Notes: generated by a model from the sequence alone, not told the origin. A stretch of DNA of 64,000 nt from Candidatus Kaiserbacteria bacterium (GCA_017134395.1 CP070993.1:526199-590198); one strand, 5' to 3'. Positions 1 through 9,937 are shown, counted from the stretch's first letter. Program-made: numbers and translations.

Positions 1-285
1 ACATTCTCCGTACGTGCCTTTTTTGATGCGTGCGAGAGCGTCTGTGATGTTATTAAAACGTGTTTCAAGTTCAGTAACAATACCGTTATTTGTTGTCTTT
101 TCTTCAAATCGGTCTGCAAGTATTGCAGCGTCGGCTGTACCTGTTTCGTAATCGCCGTTCGTACCTTCCCAATTTCGGGGGTTCGATTGATCAACCTTTC
201 CAATATCAGAAAGTTCAATCTCAAGAACCGCCTTTTCTTGGCTGAGGCGTTCTTCTAATTTCTTCATTGTTCGTGAATCTACCAT
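1..285 (-). CDS. DksA/TraR family C4 zinc-finger protein (C-terminus runs off window start)
   Basis: Hand translation MVDSRTMKKLEERLSQEK...DAAILADRFEE...ELETRFNNITDALARIKKGTYGEC matches the DksA/TraR coiled coil plus the ALxRIxxGTYGxC motif; not in ORF track because truncated. Confidence 0.8.
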   Translation of the reverse strand, partial: MVDSRTMKKLEERLSQEKAVLEIELSDIGKVDQSNPRNWEGTNGDYETGTADAAILADRFEEKTTNNGIVTELETRFNNITDALARIKKGTYGEC

Positions 286-344
286 AGTGGACTACTATAC
301 ACTATTTTCTAAATCTGCAACATATCTTGACGAAATCGGTTTAA

Positions 345-1340
345 TTAGCGGACACGAACTCTATCTGCAAGTTCTGTAAGCGTTCGAGAGTCAGTTGTGA
401 TAGCGATGGCGTCATGCCCGATAAAAGCATACATTATACGGGCTACACCGTCTTCGTCATACAATATACGCACATCGATGTTGTCTATGACGGTGTCTTC
501 AAAGATGTTTGCTCCTGCTGCGATTGCTGGTTTTACAAATGATGAACGAGGACTAAAGAGAGGAAGTAAATCTTCCTCAATACTTTTTTCCCACGCGAGC
601 ATGCCTGCAAAAGCATGTCCATATGAGCGAGTGGTAAGCAAAAGGAATGGTGTATTTTCGTCAAGAACGTGGATACCGAGTACATAGTCTTCCGCGAGTG
701 TCTGTAGGAAGGTTATTGGAACTCGTGCTTGAATGGTTTCTAAAAAGTCTCTAGAACCTAGTCGTTCTATCGTTTCCTGCTCATCCTCTTCAGAAATCTT
801 TTCGGTGAGGTACAGCTCTACCATTGAACCAAGTGAGAAAAAAGTATTTCTTCGTACTGACGCGAGCAATTCTATTACATTTCGAGCTCGTACTCCGGTT
901 ACATCAACTCGCTCTTGCGCTTCGATGAAGATAAAGGATGAGGTAATTTGCTGTGTTGTAGGAGGGGCTGTATTAAGACGGTACGCATAATATGAACCTA
1001 AGGCAAATAAAGATGCAATGATAACGAATAAAATAGCTAGGAAAACAATCACCATCGTTTTTTTTGGTTCCTCTTCTATTTCTTCTCTGGGGCCGTCTTT
1101 TGCGCGTCGGTTGCTCTCCATTGCTGCAATGCGCGTTAGAGATGTTTTTTGGTCGCGCACCAGGTGTTGTATGTCATCTTTAAATGTATGAACAATCGCT
1201 TTGTTTTTTGAGGGTGCTTGCGTACGTATGCTCTCAGATTTCTGCACATCTGGCGCAGCTTTTAGAGGCTCAGGTGTTCCTTGTGTAGGTTCACTAGCTT
1301 CGTTTTTCTCCGTCGGTTTTTGGTTTTGATTCTGAGGCAT
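345..1340 (-). CDS. Hypothetical single-pass membrane protein
   Basis: Long ORF with one TM segment (MVIVFLAILFVIIASLFALGSYYAY); start moved to MPQNQ at 1340, overlapping the pnp 3' end by 47 bp. Confidence 0.7.
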   Translation of the reverse strand: MPQNQNQKPTEKNEASEPTQGTPEPLKAAPDVQKSESIRTQAPSKNKAIVHTFKDDIQHLVRDQKTSLTRIAAMESNRRAKDGPREEIEEEPKKTMVIVFLAILFVIIASLFALGSYYAYRLNTAPPTTQQITSSFIFIEAQERVDVTGVRARNVIELLASVRRNTFFSLGSMVELYLTEKISEEDEQETIERLGSRDFLETIQARVPITFLQTLAEDYVLGIHVLDENTPFLLLTTRSYGHAFAGMLAWEKSIEEDLLPLFSPRSSFVKPAIAAGANIFEDTVIDNIDVRILYDEDGVARIMYAFIGHDAIAITTDSRTLTELADRVRVR

Positions 1341-3465
1341 GACGTTCGTTTGAAGTTGGTGGCATAACGCCCTTGTTTGATGCAAATTTTGGATCAACAT
1401 CTTTTATAGATAGGTTGATACGTTTCTTATCATCAATCTCTTTGATTATAACAGGAACACGCTCACCTTCTGCTATTACATCAGCGACTGAGTTAATACG
1501 GAACGGAGCCAATTCTGATATATGCACCAAGCCTTCTGTGTTTGCCCCGATACGCACGAATGCCCCGAAGTCCATTATTCGTGTTACTTCTCCGTCGAAT
1601 TTCTCCCCTGCTACGTATTCATGCGTTAGTTCCTCAATCATTTTGGCAGCTTCTTCTGCAGCACCGTTTTGTCCTGTTATAAACACAGAACCGTCATCTT
1701 CAATAGATATTTCTGTTGTTCCCGTTTGGTCTTTGATACCATTGATTGTTTTTCCTCCTGGGCCGATAACAAGACCAATTTGGTCTTCCTTGATTCGTAA
1801 TGAAATTATTTTTGGTGCGCGTGGATTAATATCAGCACGTGGCTCCGAGATTGCTTTGAGCATAACATCCATGATTTGCATTCGTGCTACCTTTGCTTGA
1901 GCAAATGCCTCAGCAAGTACAGGTACTGTTACTCCTGCTACCTTTACATCCATTTGTACTGCAGTTACACCCTCACTTGTTCCAGCTACCTTGAAATCCA
2001 TATCGCCAAAGTGGTCTTCTGGTCCTTGTATATCAGTAAGTATTTTGTAGTTCCCTTTCGTGTCACTCATCATACCCATTGCAATACCTGCTACTGGACG
2101 TTTGATGGGAACACCTGCGTCCATCAGAGCTAAGGTAGAACCACACACACTTGCTTGCGAACTAGAACCATTACTTGCCATTGTTTCAGAGACTATTCTG
2201 ATGGTATAAGGGAAATCTTCTTTGCTTGGCAATACGGGAAGAAGTGCTTTTTCAGCGAGCGCACCGTGACCTATCATTCGACGATTAAATCCACCAACAC
2301 GCCCTGTTTCTCCAACAGAGAACGGCGCGAAGTTGTAATGATGCATGTATCGTTTCTTCGAGTCTGGGAATTCAATGGTATTCATAAGCTGTGCATCGTC
2401 GGGGCCGCCAAGAGTAAGTGCGGAAAGAACGTGAGTACCACCACGGTAGAAGATACCTGTTCCATGAATAAGATCAGATATTCCTCCAGCTTGTGCGTAA
2501 AGGTCACGAATTTCGTCCATCTTCCGTCCATCTTGTCGACGATCGTTTTCAAGAGCTTCTACGTGTACGAACTTGTCCACTTGTATTTCAAAGTATGCAG
2601 CAGCGTTAGCTGCTTCTTCGGGTAGTTGTTCTTTTACTAAAGTCATCCATTCACTCTTTAATGCGTATGCTCCCTTTTCACCGAATACGTATTCCCCCAT
2701 TTTTGGTTCAACTTCATTCGAAAATAATGTTGAAACTGCTCCACTTGCCTCTTGTGTAGGAATCTCTTGCTTTTCTTTTCCAATTTCTTTTATGATACTT
2801 TTCTGCCATTCTTGGAGTGTATTGTGTACTGCAACAGCAGCGTCGAGTCCCTTAACGAGACGTTCTTCAGGAACTTCTTTTGAGCTAACTTCTACCATGT
2901 TGATATTTCCATCTTGACCACATGCTAAGAGGTCGAGAATCTCAACATCCGAAGTTCGCTGTGCGTAGGAAGGATTAATAATGAATGTCTCGTCATTTGC
3001 TACTTGCCCGATACGAACTGCACTCACTGGGCCGTCCCATGGGATGTCGGATGTACTTAATGCAAGTGATGCAGCAATAACTCCTAGCACGTCAGGATCT
3101 TCTTCGTCGATTGCTAAGACAGTTACAATTACCTGAATATCACGACGTAATGTTTGATCAAACAGTGGGCGGATGGTTCGGTCTACAACACGCGCCGAAA
3201 GCACCGCCTCTTCTGAAGGTCGCCCTTCGCGGCGCTGGAAACGACTTCCTAGGATTGCACCAGCTGCGTAGAATTTTTCTTCAAATTCTACCGATAATGG
3301 AAACCAATCCTGGCCGTCACGTTGTCCACCCATAACAGCCGTTGCCATAACAGCAGTGCTGCCATACCGTAAAATCACTGAACCACTTGCTTGGTCTGCT
3401 AAGTCTGTAAATTGAGCAGTAAGGGTTTTGCCTCCTACCTCAATTGAGTATTCTTTTTTTTGCAT
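1294..3465 (-). CDS. pnp: Polyribonucleotide nucleotidyltransferase (PNPase)
   Basis: Two RNase PH domains (RREGRP, SNGSSSQASVC, DHFGDMDFKVAG), KH (VIGPGGKTI) and S1 (FGAFV...GLVHISEL). Confidence 0.98.
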   Translation of the reverse strand: MQKKEYSIEVGGKTLTAQFTDLADQASGSVILRYGSTAVMATAVMGGQRDGQDWFPLSVEFEEKFYAAGAILGSRFQRREGRPSEEAVLSARVVDRTIRPLFDQTLRRDIQVIVTVLAIDEEDPDVLGVIAASLALSTSDIPWDGPVSAVRIGQVANDETFIINPSYAQRTSDVEILDLLACGQDGNINMVEVSSKEVPEERLVKGLDAAVAVHNTLQEWQKSIIKEIGKEKQEIPTQEASGAVSTLFSNEVEPKMGEYVFGEKGAYALKSEWMTLVKEQLPEEAANAAAYFEIQVDKFVHVEALENDRRQDGRKMDEIRDLYAQAGGISDLIHGTGIFYRGGTHVLSALTLGGPDDAQLMNTIEFPDSKKRYMHHYNFAPFSVGETGRVGGFNRRMIGHGALAEKALLPVLPSKEDFPYTIRIVSETMASNGSSSQASVCGSTLALMDAGVPIKRPVAGIAMGMMSDTKGNYKILTDIQGPEDHFGDMDFKVAGTSEGVTAVQMDVKVAGVTVPVLAEAFAQAKVARMQIMDVMLKAISEPRADINPRAPKIISLRIKEDQIGLVIGPGGKTINGIKDQTGTTEISIEDDGSVFITGQNGAAEEAAKMIEELTHEYVAGEKFDGEVTRIMDFGAFVRIGANTEGLVHISELAPFRINSVADVIAEGERVPVIIKEIDDKKRINLSIKDVDPKFASNKGVMPPTSNERHASESKPKTDGEKRS

Positions 3466-3618
3466 ACGTCATTATTGCGTGATGCCTAAATTTCAGTATT
3501 ACACAATGCTTGCTCGAAATATGTGTACCACTGTGATCTAAACACCACAATTATTTATAACTACTTCGAACTCTATCAAATTCTCACTGTAACTCAAACG
3601 GTGTGTTAGACTTTTTGT

Positions 3619-4200
3619 ATGAAACAACTGGTGCACATACACGGAGGTGAATGGTTTGATTCGTACGAGGAATACTTTAAGTATCTTGAGGCGTCTGAAA
3701 TAGATGATGTAAATGTGACACCCGTTCAAAAGTGGCGGGACCGGTATGAAGAATTTCTTGGTGCTGATTGGAGTATTATTCGCCCGCATATGCCTAGTCC
3801 CAAGAATGCAAAATACCTTGAATGGAAATTGTGGTTTGAAAAGTACATTCCTTATTTAGAAGACGGAGTTACTCTTGTTGGGCACTCACTTGGTGCTACA
3901 TTTTTAGCTCAGTATCTTTCAGAGAATACTCTCCTTAAAAATATACAGAGCCTTCACTTAGTAGCACCTGCTTTTGACGGGGCTGGAGGATTCGGATTAA
4001 CAGAGATGGTTAGTAACATACAAAAGCAAGTATCAAAGGTGTACCTATATCATTCTAAAGACGATTCACTTGTTCCCTACGAAGACTCTGTACATTTATA
4101 TGAATTGTTACCAGAGGCAGAATTTCTGCAGTTTGACGAAAGAGGTCATTTTCTGACGCCAGATTTCCCAGAGCTTTTTGAAAATGTTAAAAAAGCATAA
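3619..4200 (+). CDS. Alpha/beta hydrolase, RBBP9/YdeN-like
   Basis: IHGG oxyanion motif, GHSLG nucleophile, SKDD and GHF catalytic residues. Confidence 0.88.
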   Translation: MKQLVHIHGGEWFDSYEEYFKYLEASEIDDVNVTPVQKWRDRYEEFLGADWSIIRPHMPSPKNAKYLEWKLWFEKYIPYLEDGVTLVGHSLGATFLAQYLSENTLLKNIQSLHLVAPAFDGAGGFGLTEMVSNIQKQVSKVYLYHSKDDSLVPYEDSVHLYELLPEAEFLQFDERGHFLTPDFPELFENVKKA

Positions 4201-4228
4201 GAAAAAGCGGCCGTGAGGCCGCTTTTTC
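4201..4228. terminator. Bidirectional intrinsic terminator
   Basis: GAAAAAGCGGCC-GTGA-GGCCGCTTTTTC between convergent genes. Confidence 0.85.
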
Positions 4229-4243
4229 TATTGAACTAAACTG

Positions 4244-4783
4244 TTATCCGGTTATTCCGGGTATTTTCCAGTTGCGATGAGCAATGAGGTATTTCTTAGG
4301 GTCTTCATCCATATCTATAAAGTCGTCACAGACTTCACGGAGTTTTGATGATGAAGATTTACCAAAGCTAATAACCTCAACTTGCGTTCCTGAATGACGT
4401 TGGAGATATTCCACAAGTGGAATAAAGTCCCCGTCACCTGTTGCAAGTATGACGGCATCGAGCTTAGGTGCCATAGTAACGGCATCAATTGCCATGCCTA
4501 CGTCCCAATCGGCCTTCTTTGCACCACCAAAAAAGATTTGTAGATCTTTCGTAATGATTTCGATACCAAGCTTTTTCATAGCCTCAAAGAAGCTTTGTTC
4601 TTCGCCTGATTCCGTAGTAACCACATAGGCACGCGCTCGTATGAGCTGGCGTCCCGCAACACTTTCTTTCAAGACATTGTCGAAATTGACTTTCGCCTTG
4701 TAGATATTCTTTGCGCTGTGGTAGAGGTTTTGAGTGTCGATGAAAACACCGACACGTTGTTCTTTATGTTTAATAACTGACAT
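4244..4783 (-). CDS. NYN domain protein (LabA/DUF88, PIN-like)
   Basis: FIDTQNL, KADWDVGMAID, TGDGDF and CDDFID motifs. Confidence 0.92.
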   Translation of the reverse strand: MSVIKHKEQRVGVFIDTQNLYHSAKNIYKAKVNFDNVLKESVAGRQLIRARAYVVTTESGEEQSFFEAMKKLGIEIITKDLQIFFGGAKKADWDVGMAIDAVTMAPKLDAVILATGDGDFIPLVEYLQRHSGTQVEVISFGKSSSSKLREVCDDFIDMDEDPKKYLIAHRNWKIPGITG

Positions 4784-4828
4784 AAAAATAGTTTCTTAAA
4801 AAATTACACTGAGTAAAAAATTCGACCA

Positions 4829-4988
4829 AACATATCAACAAAATCCATTCCGGAAGAAATGTATCCATTTTGCACAATTACTTGTTAAAAGTTTTTTAAT
4901 AATACATTGCATTATTTCGAAACTTTTAACTTCGTACTTGCACCAAAATTTTCATATTTCTTCTCGAAAGCAATTTTGCTGATATGTT
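4829..4988 (-). other. 160-nt imperfect fold-back hairpin in the NYN leader
   Basis: Arms AACATATCAACAAAAT / ATTTTGCTGATATGTT, with inner GAAGAAAT/ATTTCTTC and GTTAAAAGTTT/AAACTTTTAAC pairs. Confidence 0.7.
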
Positions 4989-5076
4989 GTGTATGTATCA
5001 TACAGTACGACTAACCAAGAATGCAAAAAGTGCACAAAAGTGCACTTTTATAGGAGAGTTCTTTTTTATTTAAAAA

Positions 5077-5343
5077 TTACTTCTTTAATCCAAGTGCTTT
5101 TACGAGCTTGCCATATACTTTTGAGTCTTTGCTCTCAAGATACTTAAGGTGCTTGCGGCGATCCGCAACCATCTGTAGAAGACCTCGACGTGAGTGGTTA
5201 TCCTTATGGTTCTTTTTAAGGTGTGAAGCGAGTTCGTCGATACGTTTACTCAAAACTGCCACTTGTGCCTCTGGAGAACCAGTATCACCATCGTGTCGTT
5301 GTCCTTTTTTTAGAGCGTTAGCTTTTTGTCGTTTTGTAAGCAT
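5077..5343 (-). CDS. rpsO: 30S ribosomal protein S15
   Basis: HDGDTGSPEAQVA...HKDNHSRRGLL; ATG at 5343. Confidence 0.98.
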   Translation of the reverse strand: MLTKRQKANALKKGQRHDGDTGSPEAQVAVLSKRIDELASHLKKNHKDNHSRRGLLQMVADRRKHLKYLESKDSKVYGKLVKALGLKK

Positions 5344-5496
5344 GATATACACAAAATATGCCCGGTAATTGCTGTACGAGACAACATATCCGGACGTGAG
5401 ACAAATATAGCACAGTTTATATCTATTGGCAACCCCACCCCTCTCTTTTGCGGTTTGCGGGCATTATTACTCACTACTCATGATAAACTATGCATA

Positions 5497-6432
5497 ATGA
5501 GTTCTAGTCTCGAAAATAGTAAGCAAGAGTTCCTTGAATACCTAGAAATTGAGCGAGGGCGTGCTGTGAAGACAGTTGAAAACTATGATCGATACCTTGT
5601 TCGTTTTTTTGACCACACCAAAGTAAAGAACCCGAAAGATATAACTGAAACAAAAGTACGAGAATTCAGGCTTTGGCTTAACAGGCAAGTTACCCAAAAT
5701 GGAACAACAGTAAAGCGTAGAACACAAAACTATTATTTAATTGCTATTCGTGCATTTTTAAAGTTTTTACGAAAACGCGGTATCACGAGTCTTTCTCCTG
5801 AGCGTATTGAATTAGCAAAAGTTTCTCAGCGTGATCTTGATTTAATCACACGTAAAGAACTTCAGCGTCTTCTGGCTGCGCCAATGCGGGCGTATGAAGA
5901 GAGCGAAGATGAAGCAGTTAAATTACGGGCTATTCGTGACAATGCGATGTTACAACTCTTGTTTTCAACAGGCCTTCGTGTTTCAGAACTAACCTCACTA
6001 AATAGCGATATTGATCTTTCGAAAGATGAAATGTCAGTACGCGGTAAGGGTGACAAAGTGCGTGTTGTATTCTTTTCGCCCGAAGCAAAAAAAGCAGTTC
6101 AGAGATATTTAGATGAACGAAAAGATTTAGATGAAGCCCTGTTTGTAAATATGGGTCGCAACGCGAGCGAACACAATGATTTACGTCTTACTCCAAGAAG
6201 TGTGGAACGTGCAGTCAAACACTATGCAACTCGTGCTGGCATTACAAAAACAGTTACACCGCATGGCTTACGGCACAGTTTCGCAACCGATTTATTACAA
6301 AATGGAGCCGACATTCGTAGCGTGCAGGCACTACTTGGGCACGCTAATATTGCAACCACTCAAATATACACACACGTTACGGACAAACACCTTAAGGACA
6401 TTCACAGTAAGTTTCACAATAAAGGAAAGTAA
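5497..6432 (+). CDS. Tyrosine recombinase XerC/XerD family
   Basis: TGLRVSEL, GKGDKVR, HGLRHSFAT, LLGH...TTQIYTH; N-terminal SAM-like domain; start MSSSLEN at 5497. Confidence 0.93.
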   Translation: MSSSLENSKQEFLEYLEIERGRAVKTVENYDRYLVRFFDHTKVKNPKDITETKVREFRLWLNRQVTQNGTTVKRRTQNYYLIAIRAFLKFLRKRGITSLSPERIELAKVSQRDLDLITRKELQRLLAAPMRAYEESEDEAVKLRAIRDNAMLQLLFSTGLRVSELTSLNSDIDLSKDEMSVRGKGDKVRVVFFSPEAKKAVQRYLDERKDLDEALFVNMGRNASEHNDLRLTPRSVERAVKHYATRAGITKTVTPHGLRHSFATDLLQNGADIRSVQALLGHANIATTQIYTHVTDKHLKDIHSKFHNKGK

Positions 6433-6461
6433 AACGTCGAGGATGGTATCCTCGACGTTTT
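6431..6461. terminator. Bidirectional intrinsic terminator
   Basis: AAAACGTCGAGGAT-GGT-ATCCTCGACGTTTT. Confidence 0.8.
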
Positions 6462-6748
6462 CATTTCTCGTCATGCAATAATTTTTGTAAGTGCTCGATC
6501 ACCTCTTGTGGGCACGTACGTACATCGTTTAAGAAAGTACTCAAAACCTTTTGAACTGTTTCTGGATCTCCAGGATATGCACTTTCAAATAGTGCTTTCT
6601 CGTGTACTCCGTAAAGGTGAGACACCTCATCAAACAGTGCGTTTATTTGCATGCATTTTTCTCGCTGACGTTTAGTTAGGGTTGGTCGCGGTTTTATACC
6701 AAAGACCTTCTCAAACTCCTTACGAGATAGACGCCCGTATTTCTTCAT
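6461..6748 (-). CDS. Hypothetical protein (95 aa)
   Basis: ORF preceded by AAAGGAG SD and ending at a terminator. Confidence 0.6.
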   Translation of the reverse strand: MKKYGRLSRKEFEKVFGIKPRPTLTKRQREKCMQINALFDEVSHLYGVHEKALFESAYPGDPETVQKVLSTFLNDVRTCPQEVIEHLQKLLHDEK

Positions 6749-6817
6749 AAGGTCTCCTTTCTTCTGGTGCGAGTGTGCCATGAAACAGAAAGGTGCACAA
6801 TGTGATAGCATTCTGAC

Positions 6818-7627
6818 ATGAGAATTGTTTCATGGAATGTAAACGGACTGCGAGCAGTGCATCGAAAAGGAAACTGGAATGACGTTTTTGCACTTAAGCC
6901 TGATGTTCTTTGTTTACAGGAAATAAAAGCACAAAAAGATCAGTTGCCTGATGATGTTACCGAAGTCGATGGGTTTCATGCGTACTTTAATTCATCACAA
7001 ACAAAGAAAGGTTATGCGGGTACAGCTTTGTACTCGAAAAGGAAACCGCTAAACGTTTCATATGGTTTACCAGACGATATAACTGAGAAACATAGTTTAC
7101 TTACTGATGGATATGGAGAGCCAAACAGAGAAGGGCGCGTGATAACAGCAGAGTTTCCTGAGGTTTTCGTAGTAACAGTGTATACACCTAACACCAAAGA
7201 TGATCTTTCGCGCCTTGAATTACGCCACAAACATTGGGACCCAGCGTTTCTCGAGTACTGTGTAACATTACAAAACAAGAAACCGGTCATATTCTGTGGT
7301 GATTTGAATGTTGCACACAAACCAATTGATCTCGCACGTCCTAAGGAAAATGAGGGGAATAAAGGCTTCACAGTACAAGAACGACAAGGAGTAGATAATA
7401 TGATAGAGGAGGGTTTCATAGACACACTGCGCATGTTTTTTGCTGATACCAAGGATTTATATACGTGGTGGAGTCCATGGAACGGTGCACGAGATCGTAA
7501 TGTTGGATGGCGCATTGATTACGTATTTGTGAGTGAGCAGTTAGAAGACATAGTGCAACATGCAGATATACATCCAGATATACACGGGTCTGACCACTGC
7601 CCGGTGTCGCTAGACGTAGAAATCTAA
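6818..7627 (+). CDS. xth: Exodeoxyribonuclease III / AP endonuclease
   Basis: SWNVNGLRA, LQEIK, GDLNVAH, GWRIDY, SDHCPV. Confidence 0.97.
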   Translation: MRIVSWNVNGLRAVHRKGNWNDVFALKPDVLCLQEIKAQKDQLPDDVTEVDGFHAYFNSSQTKKGYAGTALYSKRKPLNVSYGLPDDITEKHSLLTDGYGEPNREGRVITAEFPEVFVVTVYTPNTKDDLSRLELRHKHWDPAFLEYCVTLQNKKPVIFCGDLNVAHKPIDLARPKENEGNKGFTVQERQGVDNMIEEGFIDTLRMFFADTKDLYTWWSPWNGARDRNVGWRIDYVFVSEQLEDIVQHADIHPDIHGSDHCPVSLDVEI

Positions 7628-7724
7628 AGGACATTTTATAAAGGACAAATGTCCTTTAGCTCTAACGGACATTTATCCACAAGGACATAGAAAATGTCCT
7701 TTATACATTGTATAATGTCCGATA
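7625..7724. repeat. Cluster 1 of TAA(A/C)GGACA(T/A) repeats with a perfect DnaA box
   Basis: About 7 copies in both orientations, including palindrome TAAAGGACA-AA-TGTCCTTTA (7639-7658); TTATCCACA at 7673-7681. Confidence 0.8.
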
Positions 7725-8020
7725 GATCGTTCTTTAGGATAAAGTTAAGTTCTTTTCCGTTCTTTATAGTGTCTTCATGTGTTGTAAACAAAACAAAAAA
7801 CACACACAAACTCCGTACAATATGCGTACACACGATGTGAAATCGTTTACGTATAAACAAGGAACACTTTCCTTGTTAAAACAATCAGCACGGTAGGCAC
7901 AAAAAATAAGCAAAAACCACCTCTGGGAAGCCTTGAGGATTCGCACAGAAAAAACCGCGAATCAACAAATATAGCGTATCACCCACATTATCGAGACCGC
8001 CTTTAGGCGGTTTTTGCGTA

Positions 8021-8062
8021 CTAAAAATCCTCCGCTTAGTTTTCTAAGTGGAGGATTTTTAG
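8021..8062 (-). terminator. Intrinsic terminator of the CCA-adding enzyme gene
   Basis: CTAAAAATCCTCCGCTTAG-TTTT-CTAAGTGGAGGATTTTTAG. Confidence 0.7.
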
Positions 8063-8064
8063 AG

Positions 8065-9528
8065 CTAGGATACGTGATGCTTTTTTCGAAGCGCTTCTAT
8101 TTCTTTTTCGTCCTCTTCTTCCCTTCTGTCTTTTCCTTTTTCTCCAAGTTTTTGTAACTCGTTTATTGGCAATTGAGCTAATTCAGCAGCCCTGTCTTCA
8201 AGGTATTCAGGGGTGTTTTGTTTTGGCTCATCAAGAACCTCTTCAAGAAGTGCATGGAGTATCCATCCTACTTTTGGTCCTGGCCCGTCACCTAATATTT
8301 CAATAATTTTGTCGCCATTAATTTTGAGCATAGCAACTGAAATAGGATCACGAAGCGCTTCGTCAACCATGGATTTGTATTTGCGAAAACGAAATGGTTG
8401 TTCTTTTGGCCGGCCCGTACCAATGCGATCGCAGGTGCGTAATTCAAGCAGTTCCTGAATGTGGTCAACTCCAACATTTTGTATCATTCGACGAACTGCA
8501 CTGAGAGTTATTTGGTCAGGGTCGGAGAAAAACATATGCCAACGGACGAGCTTCTCTACGTTGTGTGCAGTATCTTTTGGAAATTTCAAGTCTCTTAATA
8601 TTTTGCGTGTCATACGCGCTCCAATAACTTCGTGCCCATAGAATGTGTAATCATTTTTTACTGTGTCACGACGTCGGCTTTCTGGTTTCCCTATGTCGTG
8701 TAGTAATGCAGCAAGGCGTACATCAAAAGAATAGTTTTTGTCTGCGGCATGCTGTAGGCTGCGCATAAGGTGTTCGAACACATCGTATGAATGCGCTTGG
8801 TTTTGCTCACATCCAATACCCTCTTTGAGTTCAGGAATGATGTATTCCATTAATCCTAAGCGTTGTGCAAAAAATACTGCCTGCATCGGCGTGTCTGATG
8901 CAACGATTCGCATGAGCTCGTCTCGTACGCGTTCTTGAGAAACTTTTTCAATAAGCTGCGCATGCTCTGCTATTGCCGAGGCAGTTTTTGATTCGATTGT
9001 GAAGTTGAGCTCAGCTGCAAGGCGTATTGCACGCATCATACGTAGTGCGTCCTCTGTAAAACGATCTGTAGCTTCCCCGACAGTAACAATACGTTTTAAT
9101 CGTATGTCCTCTACCCCTTTATATGGGTCTACAAGCTCGTCGCGCGTTGGATTGTATGCTATGGCATTCATCGTGAAATCACGTCGCTGTAGGTCGTCTG
9201 TGAGATTCTTGCTAAATGTTACTTCATCAGGATGGCGCGCGTTGCTGTATGTTGATTCGATTCTATAAGGGGTCACCTCGACCACTTTGAGCGTGGGGTC
9301 GTCAGACTCCGTTTTTACACCGACAGTCCCAAAATCATTTTCATAGAAAGAATCAGGAAATATTTTTTGAATTTCCTCAGGGTTAGCGTTTGTAGTAAGA
9401 TCCCAATCTTTAGGAATCTTGTTGCGTATAAGATCGCGCGTACAACCCCCTACGAGGTATGCTTCGAAACCAGCATTCTCTAATGTCGTAACAATGGTAA
9501 GAACTTCTTGCGGTACAGAGTGTCTCAT
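8065..9528 (-). CDS. cca: CCA tRNA nucleotidyltransferase / poly(A) polymerase family with HD domain
   Basis: LVGGCTRD..KDWD, DLQRRDFTMNA, EDALRMMRAIR, LLHDIGKP. Confidence 0.9.
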   Translation of the reverse strand: MRHSVPQEVLTIVTTLENAGFEAYLVGGCTRDLIRNKIPKDWDLTTNANPEEIQKIFPDSFYENDFGTVGVKTESDDPTLKVVEVTPYRIESTYSNARHPDEVTFSKNLTDDLQRRDFTMNAIAYNPTRDELVDPYKGVEDIRLKRIVTVGEATDRFTEDALRMMRAIRLAAELNFTIESKTASAIAEHAQLIEKVSQERVRDELMRIVASDTPMQAVFFAQRLGLMEYIIPELKEGIGCEQNQAHSYDVFEHLMRSLQHAADKNYSFDVRLAALLHDIGKPESRRRDTVKNDYTFYGHEVIGARMTRKILRDLKFPKDTAHNVEKLVRWHMFFSDPDQITLSAVRRMIQNVGVDHIQELLELRTCDRIGTGRPKEQPFRFRKYKSMVDEALRDPISVAMLKINGDKIIEILGDGPGPKVGWILHALLEEVLDEPKQNTPEYLEDRAAELAQLPINELQKLGEKGKDRREEEDEKEIEALRKKHHVS

Positions 9529-9586
9529 TGCTCAATTGTAGTACACCTATTGCTATGAAGCGAATATACCGTATGATTGCCAACAC

Positions 9587-9658
9587 GCACCCGTGGTGAA
9601 ATGGATATCATTACGGTCTTCGGAACCGTCGTTGGGGGTTCGAGTCCCTCCGGGTGCA
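9587..9658 (+). tRNA. tRNA-Arg(TCG), CCA not encoded
   Basis: GCACCCG/CGGGTGC acceptor stem, ACGGT-CTTCGGA-ACCGT anticodon arm, GGTTCGAGTCC T-arm. Confidence 0.95.
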
Positions 9659-9659
9659 C

Positions 9660-9895
9660 AAATGGCCGCCCACAAAGCATTGCTTTGTGGGCGTTTGCCA
9701 TTTCCACACCCGGAGGGACTCGAAAAGAGTCGTCGGTATACAAGATAATGAAGCGAAGCGAAATTAGGCTTGTCGGCGACGTCGGGGCAGCGAGTACTTA
9801 GCAAGGCCGCAGCCGAGCTTAGTACTGGCGCCGAGTCCCCACTTTGTAAGAGGTCATGAAGGCGTCAGGAAAATTATTCGTGACCGAGTCCCTCC
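9660..9895 (+). repeat. tRNA-Arg trailer: hairpin, antisense T-arm copy, structured core, sense T-arm copy
   Basis: 9707-9724 is the exact reverse complement of tRNA 9639-9656; CGAGTCCCTCC recurs at 9885-9895. Confidence 0.75.
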
Positions 9896-9909
9896 CCCAC
9901 TTCACAAAA

Positions 9910-9937
9910 TTGCACCACGCCTAATTTGATATATAAT
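9910..9937 (+). promoter_or_regulatory. Sigma70-type promoter for the tRNA-Gly(GCC) leader
   Basis: TTGCAC-16nt-TATAAT. Confidence 0.6.

Noticed and set aside
5497-6432. Tyrosine recombinase as a prophage or integron integrase
   Set aside because: It has XerC/D-like size and motifs, no IntI-specific insertion, housekeeping neighbours and no att sites seen.
7699-7724. dif site near the Xer gene (TTATACATTGTATAA palindrome)
   Set aside because: It lacks the conserved XerD arm TTATGTTAAAT, and the region looks origin-like rather than terminus-like.
7636-7946. Minus-strand 74-aa and 60-aa ORFs
   Set aside because: Their IKDI/KDIC-type content derives from the DNA repeat, and they have no initiation signal.
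9525-9804. Short track ORFs overlapping tRNA-Arg and its trailer
   Set aside because: They are shadows of the tRNA and structured repeat, with no protein-like features.
9660-9900. Known HDV-like/theta ribozyme or group I intron in the tRNA trailers
   Set aside because: I could not identify the nested double pseudoknot or intron core by eye, and the tRNAs are uninterrupted; left as an unassigned element.
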